NCBI RefSeq assembly: GCF_006345805.1
Contig: NC_043009.1
Span: 35,092,001 to 35,156,000, forward strand
Source of the DNA: Octopus sinensis
Taxonomy: Eukaryota
DNA length: 64,000 bases
Direction of reading: 5' to 3'
Under the pieces are notes generated by a model, which did not search any database, was not told the DNA's origin, and was given only the letters and a program-made list of their open reading frames with translations. Shown here piece after piece: positions 26,476-38,099 of the stretch (the first letter of the stretch is position 1; every line of letters begins with the position of its first letter). Both the position numbers and the translations under genes were made by a program.

Positions 26476-26815
26476 GGCGCGTGGCTCAGTGGTTGGAGCG
26501 TCGAGCTTACGATCGTGTTGTTGTGAGCTCGAATCCCGGACCGGGCTGCGTGTTGTGTTCTTGCGCAAGACACTTTAATTTACGTTGCTCCAGTTCACTC
26601 AGCTGTAGAAATGAGTTGCGACGTCACAGGTGCCAAGCTGTATCGGCCCTTGCCTTTCCCTTGGACAACATCGGTGACGTGGAGAGGGGAGGCCGGTATG
26701 CATGGGCGACTGCTGGTCTTCCATAAAACAACCTTGCCCAGACTTGTGCCTCAGAGGGTAACTCTCTAGGTGCAAACCCATGGTCAGTGTCTGACCGAAG
26801 GGGGTCATCATCATC
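26476..26815 (+). mobile_element. tRNA-derived SINE, family D, (TCA)n tail
   Basis: tRNA-like head TGGCTCAGTGG...CTTACGAT (Arg-ACG-like loop)...GCTCGAATCCC; central GCAAGACACTTT..GCTCCAGTTCACTCAGCTGT; second copy at 48997-49315. Confidence 0.85.
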
Positions 26816-27542
26816 ACATTCAGACAATAATTATTATCTCTAACGACTTGTATATGTATAGGCTTGTGTAGATGTTTTATTGTAATAAGTATTTGTAACA
26901 CAACAGATAGAATATGGATGGTAATTCAAATTAATACACTTGTCAATGTTACATAGTGGTTGTCTTTTGAAATGTGACATAGATCATTGCTTGTTACTGA
27001 AAGAACGTTGACTCACACATTCAAACAGTCACTTACTTCCCTTGTACACGCACGCACGTACACATATACTCATACAGAGTTGAAACGCCGGTTGATTTTT
27101 CTTTTCAGCGTTTAACGTTCCATTGCATACACACACACTCACACGCACACACACATACACACACATGCACACACAAACATTCATATACCTCCCTTTTACA
27201 CACGCTGACATATACAGAGTGGAAACGTTGTTTGATTTTTTTCATCCCTTCCATTCTTATTCATCTATCTCCCTTCCTTTCTCAATACACGATGCTCTCT
27301 TTGCCCCTTCCTCTCTCTCTCGCTGCTATTAATTTCTCTCACTCCCTCTTAGTCACGGCTAATACCTTCACTACTCTTTCACTGAATTCCTATTTTCTCT
27401 CATCTTCCTTCAATTATACTACTCTTTCTGTTACTCCCTTCTACTCCGTGATTTTGGATAAATGTACATATATATATATTTTTTTCTCTAGTTTCAGCTC
27501 AGAGCTGCGGCCATGCTGATGCACCGCCGTTTTGTGCTACAC

Positions 27543-29718
27543 TGTTTTTACGAAGAACCTCGTCTAATATGTGGCACTTGGTGAAGAATGGAGTTTGATA
27601 TAGCTACTCTCATTTGCACCTCTTGCCGTGAGGTAGGTTCATCTGGAACTCTCGACAGGAAGATGTCCAGCTTTGATTTAAAAACCGCTACATCTACTTT
27701 GTGCAAGTTCCTCAGACTCTTTGGGAGAATATTAAAAAGCTGTGGACCCTTGAAACCCAGGCTGATGCAGAAGCTGGTCCTGAAGCGTGATGTCATTGTT
27801 GGAATCTTGGCACTATGCAGTGTCGTCCCGTTCTAGCATTGGTGTAGCTTACAATGCCAAATTTTGCACAATTCCTTCCAGGATCTTCCGACATATATTA
27901 CTGTATACCTCTCCCGTCTTCTCTCAGGGAGTAGAGTCTTAGCTGTTTCAACCTTTTCCAGTAGCTGAGCTGTTGCAAAGAGACGATCTTCTTTGTGAAT
28001 CTTCTCTGGATTGCTTCAAGGTCCGCTGTTAATTTTACACTGGTGGGTGACCAGGCGACTGAGGACGAATGTCCGCCAGAGGACCATCATGGTTTCCTTA
28101 TCTGTGGTTCTGAATGTTCTTAGGATCCACCTAGCCAGTTATCTGCACTTTGTCGCCATCCTGGTAATGTGCACTTGGAAAGAGGTATCATCACTCATGT
28201 CGATACCCAGGTCCCTCACATACTTAGGCTCTGGGATTGAAATTCCCTGTGGACCGGTGTATCCTGTAAGTTTAATATTCAGTTCTGGATGCTGGTAGCG
28301 CAGGGCCTGGAATTTTTCAGCATTAAACTGCATATTATTATCCTCAGCCCATCTGTAGATTGAGTCCAACTCCTGCTGCAGGTGTGCAACATAGCTGGGG
28401 TTCTGTATTTTCTGCGAGACTTTCGTATCGTCTGCATATCTGGCCAGAGTGGCTATCCGGGCAATTGAGGGAATATCTGAGAGGGCCACTATAAAAAGCA
28501 GTGGTCCCAAGACAGTGCCCTGTAGAACACCGCTCACTATTTGTGTGTTCATAGAGGTGGCTCCATTAACCACTACTGCCTGACTCCTATCTTTCAAGAA
28601 GTCATGTAACCACACTCCAAGTTTTCCAGCCATGCCGAGGTCACGCAGTTTGTGGCATATCATACCATGATCCACCTTGTCAAAAGCTTTTGCAAAATCA
28701 AGGTAGATTACGTCCACATTTGATTTGTTGAGTAACTGCATCAACACCCAGTCATAATGCTGTAAGAGCTGGGTCAGGCAGCTCCTACCTAGTCGAAAAC
28801 CATGCTGGGTATCACTCAGCAAGTTATTTTCCTCTAGGAATGCGATTAGTTTCTTTCTGACTATCCGTTCCATGACTTTGCAGATGTGTGAAGTCAGAGA
28901 GATAGGCCTATAGTTTTTGGCATCTGCTCTATTTCCCCCCTTTATGTATTGGGCATATTATTCCCTCCTTCAGTTTGCTTGGCAGTTTGCCATTCGCAAG
29001 AAAGCTCTGGAAGAGAATCATGAGGGGTTTTGCCAGGGCATGCTTACACGCTTTGAGGAGGATGGCTGAGAAACCATCTGGACCAGCAGCTGAGTTTGTG
29101 TCCACTTCATCTATGGCTAGTAGGACATCTTTTTCGCTAATGTCAATACATTCTATTGTAACCGCCTCGCTGATTATAGGTGAGGCGGCAAAGAAGTCCA
29201 CTGGTTCGTTCACGTGTCTGTGTTCCAACGGGGTGGTAAAGACACTTTTAAACTAGTCATTCAGCATCTCACTGATCTTAGTTGGACTGTCTGTGAGGGG
29301 GGAGCCATCTTTTGGAGGAGGGGTCCTATCTTGTAGTGCACTGAGACTGTTTCTTTCGCGTAATGAAAGAAGGCCTTTGGGTTTGATTTAATGTTTTTTA
29401 TAACCCAGGCTTCTTTGTCGGCTTTCTCCTTAGGATTGTTGCAGCCTTTTACGATCTCCATCAGTGTTGTTTTTAGGCGGGACGTTTCGCTACTTTTGGG
29501 ATGCTGGTTGAGACGATTTGCAACCTTCGTTTGTCGTCTCATGAGGATCTTCCTGTCTCTTGGAATCTTGCTCCTATTTGTTTCGGCCTTGTGCTCTGGG
29601 ACATATTTCTGGCATACGGCTTGCACAGAAAACATGAAACATTCTAGTTTCATGTCAATGTCTGGTGTGGAGAGACATTCCGGCCAGTCCTCTCTGAGGA
29701 CTTTTTTGGGATGGATTT

Positions 29719-29720
<2 letters not shown>
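27543..29720 (-). mobile_element. CR1-clade LINE, 5'-truncated, with RT domain
   Basis: AGPDG..KNYRPISLTS..QHGFRLGRSCLTQLL..VDVIYLDFAKAFDKVDH..SGVLQGTVLGPLLF..YADDTK..VRDLG; uninterrupted 244-aa ORF at 28139-28873. Confidence 0.92.
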
Positions 29721-29756
<36 letters not shown>

Positions 29757-29954
29757 ACTTAAAAAATATAAATCCTACATTAAATATATATATATATATA
29801 CATATATAAAAACAGTACGCTCTTAATTTTATTAGGAGCTATCTTAAATATATACTATATTTTATATAGGTTTATATAAAATGCTTGGCTAAATTAGCAA
29901 GAATATATATAAATACGTTAAACATATATTATATCTATATCTATATCTATATCT

Positions 29955-29985
<31 letters not shown>

Positions 29986-30072
29986 TATATATATATACAC
30001 AAAAAAAAATATATGGAGTATTGGGCTAATTCGGCTAAAATATATTAAATGCATTAAACATACATTACATAT

Positions 30073-30119
<47 letters not shown>

Positions 30120-30329
30120 AAGGAATGGGATACGCTTAATATTAAAAACAATATTGTAGAGATTGGCTTAATGTTTTAAAGAAGCGACATGGTTGGTGAT
30201 TAAGTTAGAATTGGAAATGTTACCTTAATGTTAACAACAGGTCAGTGTTACCAGCAGCATTATGTATGTATGCTTAGTGTGTATGTATGTGTGTGTGTGT
30301 GTGTGATATATATATATAATTCTTTATCT

Positions 30330-31060
30330 CTCTGTCTGTTTCCTATGCATCCTCAAACGGCTCGACCAAATCAAATCGAATTTCACTAGGTAATAGTATC
30401 AGGCCCCATGAATGTTAACATGTCATTTTCTTAAATTTCGATTAAAACAAAATAACGTTGGCACTGGTTTGGTATTACGTGTCAAAACTGAAAGAATAAG
30501 ATCTACATTGTAATGTGATATAAAATTGTTTCACTTTTATTCTTTCACTTTTGATAAGGCTATAATATTGTTTCGGTTTTATTCTTTCATTTTTAATTCT
30601 AATGTGACAAGACCAAGATCATCTTATTTCTATTGTACTTGAAATAAATGAATAATTTCTATCCTAATCTTAACAACATTAGGTATCGGCAACTTTCAGT
30701 CTTAACAGTCTCGACAGCGGAATGATGTGTCAGTGTATGTGTTTTAACTGATATAAGGAACGGTTGGAGGAGAAACTCTTGACAAGAAACATTGAGGTAA
30801 CAGGTCTAAGATATATAAAAATACACATTTATAATTCAATTACCATTTAGTAATTATCGCAGCAGTTGCAATCTTGCAAGTTATTTACAATTACAAATTA
30901 GCTGTTCATACATGTGGTTCTATTTGGCTAATTTGATTATATTTGGTTAGTTTATACTGCATATAAAAATAAAGACATGCTACATAGATACAACTGCTTA
31001 CAAAAATAGAGATTAATATATAATTTTTCTATGTTCATAGTTTTTTGTTTGCAGTATTCA
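30330..31060 (+). mobile_element. Probable 5' non-coding region of the Helitron
   Basis: TCTGTCTGTTTCCTATGCATC..AAACGGCTCGACCAAATC motif resembles Helitron 5' regions and lies directly upstream of the RepHel fragment. Inference only. Confidence 0.3.
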
Positions 31061-31062
31061 AG

Positions 31063-31800
31063 ATGCCAGCCAAGAAAAGATGTAATCTCTCCAGAAACAA
31101 CTATAAAACAAGGAGGATTGTAGAAAACCGAAGGCGAGTCTCAAAAGAGGAGGGAGATGAGATATTCTCAAGATCAGCAAAGCATGGTGCAGGACGTCAG
31201 ATGGAGTCTCAATACAGAAGAGAGATGAGACTTTCCTAAGATCAGCAAATGCATTCTGCAGCACCTCAAAAGGAATCTCGAGACAGAAGCGAGATGACAC
31301 TTTCTCAAGATCAGCAAATGCATACTGCAGCACGTCAAATGATGTCTCAAGACAAGTGAGATGACACTTTCTCAAGATCAGGAAACGCATGCTGTAGCAC
31401 GTCAGATGGAGGCTCAATACAGAAGATATGAGACTTTCCAAAAAATTTCCAAATGGAACTAATGCCATGCACTGCTCAGGTGGTAAGGTAAGATTGCCAG
31501 CACAACCAGATCCTCTTCGACCTCTTATAGATCTTCTGGAAGGCATGATTATCTGAACAGTATCAGACAACTCTGCATTTCAAATGACATCGTTTGGTGC
31601 ATCTAAGAACATGGATTTATGCTGACGTTCAAAGTTCAAGGATAAGCCTATCACCTCATTGGTTCCCTGTTATCCGTGAATGAACAACTACATTTCCTCC
31701 AAATTTACGTCGTGAGTGATGTGGGACAACAAACCCCAAGGAGGTGTTAAAACTTCAGATGATAGGTCGTGTTAGACGCACCACCGACTGCTGCAAAAGT
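31063..31800 (+). mobile_element. Helitron RepHel N-terminal pseudogene fragment
   Basis: MPAKKRCNLSRN..., four ~69-nt repeats, HCSGGKVRLPAQPDPLRPLIDLLEG, NSAFQMTSFGA..FMLTFKVQG*AYHLIGSLL..FLQIYVV; frameshifts and stops. Confidence 0.88.
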
Positions 31801-32459
31801 GAGTATACCTACTGGCAGCTTTTCGGTGCGTTCAAAAGTCACATAACCCCTACCCCCAATTTCCCATGACTGGTTAGGGCCTGGAATACGCCAAACAGAG
31901 GCATGGCATGTCACTTAGATGAATTAGCCCATCATTTACTCCGTAAATGTTTTCTCGTCAATGTTGCACTTTCCCGTATCAACATAACTCTATACATCTA
32001 GGCATCAATATATACAAACTATGCCATTTTAATCCCGAGCAACGCTGGGTATTTCTGCTAGCATATATATATGTATGTATGTATGTATCTATAAAAGAAG
32101 GAGGTGGAAATAGCACAGAAGTCAGTCTAAGACATTTCCCTTTAAGAATGAATTTAATGAAAATGATTTTAAAATTATTTAAAGAAAACATTACCGGTTT
32201 CGATGATGAATCTCATCTAATCAAATATCAGTAAAAATTTATAAAACTTTGAAGTAAAGACAATTTATCTTCTGTCTGAGGGTCAAGAAGATGTCTGGAG
32301 AGTTTTCATTGAAGTCTTCTTTAAATATAGTTCGGTATAAAGTTAAAAATGTTAGAGAGTAAGAGGCGTATATTTGTCTGTTGTCTAAAAGAAATCTTTG
32401 TTTTCCTGCCAACGGAGTGGCTAAAAACCATTTATTGAATGTGTTTTATCTTCCCTTGT

Positions 32460-32492
<33 letters not shown>

Positions 32493-32584
32493 GTGTGTAT
32501 TGTGTTTGTGCGTGTGTGTGACTGTTGTTCGCGATATTTTCTACATATGTATGTGTGTATATATGTATATATGTATATATGTAT

Positions 32585-32672
<88 letters not shown>

Positions 32673-32752
32673 AAAGTTTTGGTTTTTTTTCGTAAACTTT
32701 CCCTATATATATATATATCTATATAATATATATATATATATTATATATATAT

Positions 32753-33734
32753 ATATAGGTAAACAGTAAAATAATACAGACATGGACAAGAACATGAAAC
32801 ACCACAGAGACGACCCAAGAACCACAGGACGGGACATTCGAAGCCCTCAGTCATCAGTCAAGAACCAGATCATCTTAGCAATTTCGGCTGATTAATCTTG
32901 AGATTGCTCCGATTTGGGCAGCCCGCCAAGGGAAATCTAAGCCAAGCGCATTAGATCCCCTGGAAGAAAGCTTCGAATGTATACAACCGAGGACGGAAAA
33001 CGAACGAAGTACACGAACAAAAATACAGAATACGTGACACCAATAAGAATACAAAAACGTAAAAACAATAACGGTAAAAATAAAAAACAAACAAAACCAG
33101 GACGTAGGACAAGGGTCTTTCGACAGGACAGGAGTTGAGTTTAGGGCTGGCTTATGAAGTTGTGCCTAATGGCCGTAGGGAGACGAACAAATACGTGTTG
33201 CTTCGGCGACTGCTGGAACGAAAAGAGCGCCTCAACAGTGGCTAGCGGTCACGTGAGAACAAAAGACAGGAGAAAGGGACAGATGAAAAGAGAGAGAAGG
33301 TGGACGAGGGAGGAGAAGAAAGAGACAGATCGAGGGGACAGGAGGTGAGAAAGATAGAGAAACGTAGAAGGGGGGGGGGGAAGACGGATGGAGAGGGAAA
33401 AAAGGAAGGGGAATAAGGGAGGAGAGAGAGAGAAAGAGACAGATCAAGAGTCGTAATCAATGCTAGAGAAAAAAATATATTTATCGTATAAGGACAATTG
33501 TGGATACGTAGCCGCCGATTATATAGGTAAACAGTAAAAATAATTACAGACATGGACAAGAACATGAAACACCACAGAGACGACACAAGAACCACAGGAC
33601 GGGACATTCGAAGCCTCAGTCATCAGTCAAGAACCAGATCATCTTAGCAATTTCGGCTGATTAATCTTGAGATTGCTCCGATTTGGGCAGCCCGCCAAGG
33701 GAAATCTAAGCCAAGCGCATTAGATCCCCTGGAA
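32753..33734 (-). mobile_element. Element with ~210-bp partial tandem direct repeat (probable PLE pseudo-LTR type)
   Basis: 32753-32965 is nearly identical to 33521-33734; flanked by (TA)n; pyrimidine-rich interior on the minus strand like the other PLE termini here. No coding evidence. Confidence 0.55.
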
Positions 33735-33867
33735 TGTATGTATATATATATATATATATATACATATATACATATATACATATATACACACATACATATA
33801 TAGAAAATATCGCGAAACAACAGTCACACACACGCACAAACACAATACACACACACACACATACACA

Positions 33868-33977
33868 CATTAAGGTTTCCCGATTTAATTGGCGGATGTG
33901 ATTCAATATGTATTATATATAATATATATATATACATATTGAATCACATCCGCCAATTAAATCGGGAAACCTTAATG
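33868..33977. mobile_element. 98-bp perfect inverted-repeat element flanked by TTAA (MITE-like, Kolobok-compatible)
   Basis: TTAA(33870-73)|GGTTTCCCGATTTAATTGGCGGATGTGATTCAATATGTA...TACATATTGAATCACATCCGCCAATTAAATCGGGAAACC|TTAA(33972-75); AT-repeat loop. Confidence 0.6.
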
Positions 33978-34299
33978 ACAATGTAACTTTTATTTAACTA
34001 AGATATCTACGCCCTGATAAGTAGATAGAGGAGTACCCCTCATTAAGTAATTATTACTTTCGAGGTATTTATATTATTAATCACGACCATGGTTTAGACA
34101 CATCTAGCAATCGATCCATCACTGGTGGGATGCTTAACAACTCGTTCAGGAGCATCCAGCAGTGCAGGTGTATCTCGTCGGGTGATAAATAGATACAACT
34201 CTTTAAAATAACAGTTCTGCAATGCATTTTCTCATATCGTAGAAAGAAAAGCAGCAAAACGAAGGAGATATCTTCATTTATATAGAAGATCAAAAATAA

Positions 34300-34945
34300 A
34301 ATCAGTGATGCAAAAAAGACACGAACATGCAATACAAAGAGAAAAATATTAAAAGTAAATGTTAACAGATACAGATGTATAAGTGCTCTCTCATACAAAT
34401 ATCCGCGAAAATGTAAGCCCAGACACACCTGTGGCTTGGTGTACTCACAATCAGAAAGCGAGTTAAATAGCTACTTGGTGTTTATAAGAACGGGGAGGCT
34501 AAACCTAAACTTAGTTCATCCATTATGGTAACAGTTACTCAAATACATTCCCACTGCATTCTTTGAAATTACATTTATATGCGTGTAGGCATCTTGAGAG
34601 TCTTTCAGAAATTCTATTAATGCTCTTCTCATTGGTCCACAGAATAGACAGGGATTCCTCGGAGCAGAAACGGCATCTGCTGCAAATGATACTGTATGGT
34701 TTTGCGTGCTTTACTATGGACCAATTTATGTTGTACTTAATATTATCTTCCTGCAGTTGCCATACAAAATTGACCCCAAAATGTTGAATGTCTCTTATGA
34801 ATTCTCTTGAAACTAGTGACAGGGTTGCGATAACGATACTTAAATGAATTAGTCGTCTGCCCAATATAAACACACGGCCTTCCACTTGTGTGCACGGTAC
34901 TTTTATATACAAGATTTGTGCTCATACAGAGTTTCATCAATGGTC
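34300..34945 (-). mobile_element. Penelope-like element, GIY-YIG endonuclease and 3' region
   Basis: NLVYKSTV..VYIGQTTNSFKYRYRN..NIKYNINWSIVKHAKPYS..CRFCSEE..INRISERLSRCLH. Confidence 0.85.
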
Positions 34946-34999
34946 ATTTTGATGTTTCTCTGCATGAGCATTTATCATATTTATTTGTACATATGGCAG

Positions 35000-35600
35000 T
35001 TCTGATTCGAAAGTGATGATTGACAACAAGCCACTCAAATGTGCCAGCTCATTGAAATATCTTGGAAGTACAATAAACTTTAAGAGTACTTCCGGTGAGG
35101 AAAATCAACGTTAGAATATCTAAGGCTACAAATGCTTCTAGAAAATTTTTCTATCGTTTGTGGGATGTGCGCTGTGTCAGTCTAAAAACTAAAATAAGTG
35201 TATACAAATCTTTTGAGCACACTTTTTTATGGAATAAAATCATGGACTCTCTACCACAGACATATAAAGAAACTTGAAATCTTTCACATGTACAGTAAGC
35301 ACAATATCTGTAACATAAAACCGCAAGATAAGATATCAAATGTTAAAATCTTAGAAAAATTAGATATCTCCATTAAAAATTCTTTTATATGGCCAAAAAG
35401 TAGTGGGATACTGAGATAAAGGAAGATATATCCTTAGGTAAAAGGATAAGTTGAAGCAATCACTAAAATCTCTACAGCTTAACTTGACATCTTGGGAAAG
35501 CCATTGCCTAGATCGATCTGCATGGCGTAAAATGTGTCATGATGCATTAAAACAATTTGAGTTGAGATTCTTGCAATAGAAGAATTATAAGAGATACACT
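35000..35600 (+). mobile_element. RTE-clade LINE fragment (region C-terminal to RT)
   Basis: LKYLGST..INVRISKATNA..LWDVRCVSLKTKISVY..LFYGIKSWTLYHRHIKKLEIFHM..QDKISNVKILEK. Confidence 0.8.
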
Positions 35601-35883
35601 TGCCAAATCCTCAAATCAAAATCGCCAGTATCCTTTTGTGACGATGTAGGAAATTCCATATCGGGACTAAAATTACATTCAGGAATCCATCGCAAATAGA
35701 GGCAGCTTCTTTTGTGGGTTTGTTTTTAAGAGTTGTTTTCTTCTTTTCTCGTTTTTCTTTTTCTCTTTTCTTTAAATCCTCTCCTTCAAACACTCATACG
35801 TAGAAATCGACTGCAGTAACCATCATATACATAAATATATATAAATGATAGGTCGTAGTCAACGCAGCTAAAATGAATATATT

Positions 35884-35929
<46 letters not shown>

Positions 35930-36539
35930 GAGAGAGAGAGTGAGAGAGAGAGAGATTCAGATGAATATGGTACTTAAGTTAAAGGCACCAGAATTTAGTA
36001 TGGTATTATCCATATAAGTTAAAATAAGGTGATTATAATCAAAATAAGCAACAAGGATATCCAGAGGTCATGCAGCACGATCGTTTCATGCGACACCATT
36101 TAATTGAACAATGAAAACATTACATCAATTTAAAATGTAGAGCAATCTTCAGCTGCATAAAAATATAGAATTTAGTTAAATTCGAAGGACTCATTTGTAT
36201 AATTTTCTTTTTATCCAAAATCACCGAGAGGATAAATAGATAGACAAAGAACATGCTTTATCAACAACATCACAGTTGTGACTGAGATTTTTTCAAAAAA
36301 GACACTGCTTTCTTGAAATCAACACCCACGTTTTCTGCTACAACAATACTAGCTGCCTTCATCAAATTAGTGTGTGAATACTGTACTGTGTTAGTTTTTT
36401 TTGTTTTTTTTCTTTAGGTGTGGTGCAGTCTTTTGCTGTATTACTGCTTGTATTATGTGTTGAGTGTGTAATGCTTTGGTGTTTTGGATTGCTGGTGGAA
36501 GTTTATTTCACTGGGTAAATGCTGTATAGAGTGTATCCT

Positions 36540-36975
36540 GCATTTGTGGGTTGTTTTCTTTAGGATGTATTACTGGATTGATAATGCCTTGCGTAGGTTG
36601 TGGGCTGTTCTTAGCACGGCTATTTCTTGCACAGTGTGTAGTGTTGAAGATCCAGGTACAGCTTCTACATTTTTGTTTATATGTTCTTTTATCATGCTCA
36701 ATTCTATTCTCCAACTATTATTGGTATTGTTTTTATCTTAATGCCCAACTTTTTGGCTACTTCAATTTTGAGGTCTTTGTACTTCGACAATTTCTCCACT
36801 TCTTTTTTGACAATATTTTGATCAGAAGGGATTGCAATGTCTATCAAGAAGCAGATACTTTTTCCTCAATCCATGACTATTATATCTCGGCCATTAGCTA
36901 TTATTTCTTTGTTAGTTTGAACCGGCATATCCCAGGTGATTGTGGGCTGATCGTTGTCTTGCACCTTGTTTGGCT
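36540..36975 (-). mobile_element. Dong/R4-type LINE RLE C-terminal fragment
   Basis: ...HINKNVEAVPGSSTLHTVQEIAVLRTAHNLRKALSIQ*, preceded by frameshifted RLE-like sequence. Confidence 0.8.
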
Positions 36976-37863
36976 CATGCTTATACAACCTGCTGTCAGT
37001 TTTGATGTTGTAATGTTAGCATTATTATTACTGTTATCATTATTATTAATATTCAGGCCTTCCATTAGCAAAATCGGTAGAGTGAAGAGCAAAATTCCTG
37101 ACAGGCAAGTTATTTCCTTTCAATCTTCTGGTACCATTCAGATAAATTATCAACCAAATAGCGTGATCGCTTTAATCGACTATTTATGCCACACAAAATA
37201 TTTTAATTTCGATTTTCAATATTATCAAAGTTTTGGGGCTGGAGAATTGTTGATTGATGTCTCTTACGGTTATGACTTCACACTTACCTTTCTTTATTCA
37301 TGGAAAAATAGAAGAAATTGCGGGCTGCTGATATCCAAGAGGATGTTATGAAACCCACAGCCACAAGTGCTAAGAATTATTCGATCAAATTAGATTGTTG
37401 ACAGATAACCATATTTTCTCCCATAATATGGTCACATTCATTATGTTTTAAGAACAAGATATCATACGATATTCTATAATTTATACTATGTATTAAACTA
37501 TATTATATATTATATATTACTCAAGCAAACATTAAACTGGTTCCAACAAAGTATTGAAAGCAGTTTGCAAACATCTTTGGTTGGAGATTTACTTTTATCT
37601 TAATAAGAAAATGGAACACTTACCATTGATGATTCAGTCACGGAATCAAAGCTGTTGACGTGAAGTTTGACCTTAACAACAGTTGGTTCATCTGCAAGAA
37701 ACATAATGTACGATGAACATCATTTTCTAGACATTATTTCTCATGAACAAACACAAACACTTACAACTTTAATAGTGAACGAGTGCACACCGGCACAGCA
37801 CCACATACGTATATGGACTGATCTCCCACACTGCTTCCCTTTTCGTGTATGTGTATCTGTCTG

Positions 37864-37965
<102 letters not shown>

Positions 37966-38099
37966 TATCGACTGACGTGATGTCGCATCGGCTCCACAGA
38001 TAACCCCTTTTTTCGACCCTTTATTACACACACACTTTGTTTCAAATTTTGCACACAAGGTGTGTAAAGCACCCAGCTTTCGTTTGAGTGTGTTTTCAA

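Noticed and set aside
26476-26550. tRNA-Arg-like gene (and similar heads at 15.6, 45, 49, 50.1 and 50.5 kb)
   Set aside because: There is no proper acceptor stem or poly-T terminator, and the sequence continues into SINE bodies, several with TSDs.
32189-32222. Hammerhead-like TAGATGA-GAT-TCATC-ATC-GAAA-CCGG-TA (-)
   Set aside because: Two core changes and only a 2-bp stem I; at most a dead remnant, so not counted.
34140-34190. CCGACGA on the minus strand downstream of a PLE
   Set aside because: No stem II followed by GAAA could be built.
36551-37351. Longest non-RT ORF (266 aa, +)
   Set aside because: Largely antisense to a Dong/R4 RLE fragment and a (TTA)n tract; no recognisable family.
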